Virus record (IMG/VR): IMGVR_UViG_3300045988_154277
Strand: one strand, 5' to 3'
DNA: 64,000 nt
Source of the DNA: a virus
In this document: positions 63,645 to 64,000 of the stretch, piece by piece
How positions within the stretch are numbered: position 1 is the stretch's first letter
Layout of the letters: the number at the start of each line of letters is the position of its first letter
Program-made: the position numbers and the translations under genes
Notes under the pieces: generated by a model
The model's input: only the letters and a program-made list of their open reading frames with translations
Database searches by the model: none
Told to the model about the DNA's origin: nothing

Positions 63645-64000
63645 CGTTGCATAGGAGCAGGATAAGAGGTCGCTCAAGATCCTTCAGAGAACATCGGATC
63701 AAGAGCTACGGACCGACCGCAGCCCAGTAATAGAACTCGAGCGGACTTCAGGCGTGTCCTCAGATCACTGACGAAAGATAGGTGGTTCCTCCTAGACTGC
63801 GTCGCGAACTACACGCAGACCAACTTCACTTCCGGCGCAAAGCGAGGTCGTTCCTATGTGGGTAATCATCGAAGAGTCTGGGAGTTTGACCCTATCGATG
63901 GAAGGTTGTCAGGTCTCAACGAGTTCTTTTCGGCACGATGGTTTACCAGACCACCGAATACAGGTTGTGCCCAAGTGCGTCCTTGCCTAAGGTAGCGTCA

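Noticed and set aside
1-64000. CRISPR arrays, tRNA or rRNA genes, integrase or attachment sites
   Set aside because: The abundant hairpins all differ in sequence, so there is no repeat-spacer periodicity. No cloverleaf-compatible tRNA candidates were noticed, though this was not exhaustively checked without tools. No tyrosine or serine recombinase motifs are present. The content is consistent with a virulent phage.

Overview
This 64-kb window looks like part of a large virulent (jumbo-type) dsDNA phage genome. There are no rRNA or tRNA genes, no CRISPR array and no integrase. Genes are densely packed, mostly on the minus strand, with AGGAG-type ribosome-binding sites (RBSs) and translationally coupled ORFs. 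Nearly every gene junction carries a perfect 11-18 bp stem-loop.

Recognisable genes:
- An NAD-dependent DNA ligase (18234..20090) and an RNase H (17665..18147).
- A GyrB-like type II topoisomerase subunit. A full HNH homing endonuclease is fused in frame to its N-terminus, and a second, paralogous HNH endonuclease gene lies immediately upstream (8659..13398).
- A fragment of a multisubunit RNA polymerase beta-prime subunit (14954..16606), containing the bridge helix and a zinc motif.
- A divergent GroEL-like chaperonin (40643..42529), as in EL/phiKZ-like jumbo phages.
- Three HExxH metallopeptidase-like paralogs.
- A possible HUH (Rep-like) endonuclease next to a 530-bp non-coding region.
- Large putative virion proteins (1442 aa and 500 aa).

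Observations not explained by ordinary gene annotation:
- A conserved AT-rich motif reads TATATATTAC on the minus strand. It occurs about eight times, always in the same orientation, 40-150 nt upstream of leftward genes, and is a candidate early promoter.
- A second motif, ATGCTATG, lies upstream of rightward or late-type operons. The two motifs sit back-to-back in several divergent intergenic regions.
- A tandem array of four to six diverged paralogs (22905..28500) is bracketed by two small zinc-ribbon proteins with polyacidic tails.
- GATC is over-represented roughly 5-10-fold in coding DNA, except in one GC-rich gene for an acidic repeat protein.
- There is a candidate -1 programmed frameshift site (T_TTT_TTC, a 7-nt spacer, then a hairpin).
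- A G10 homopolymer separates an ATG with a strong RBS from its downstream ORF.
- The beta-prime catalytic loop appears to read DIDQE instead of the canonical DFDGD.
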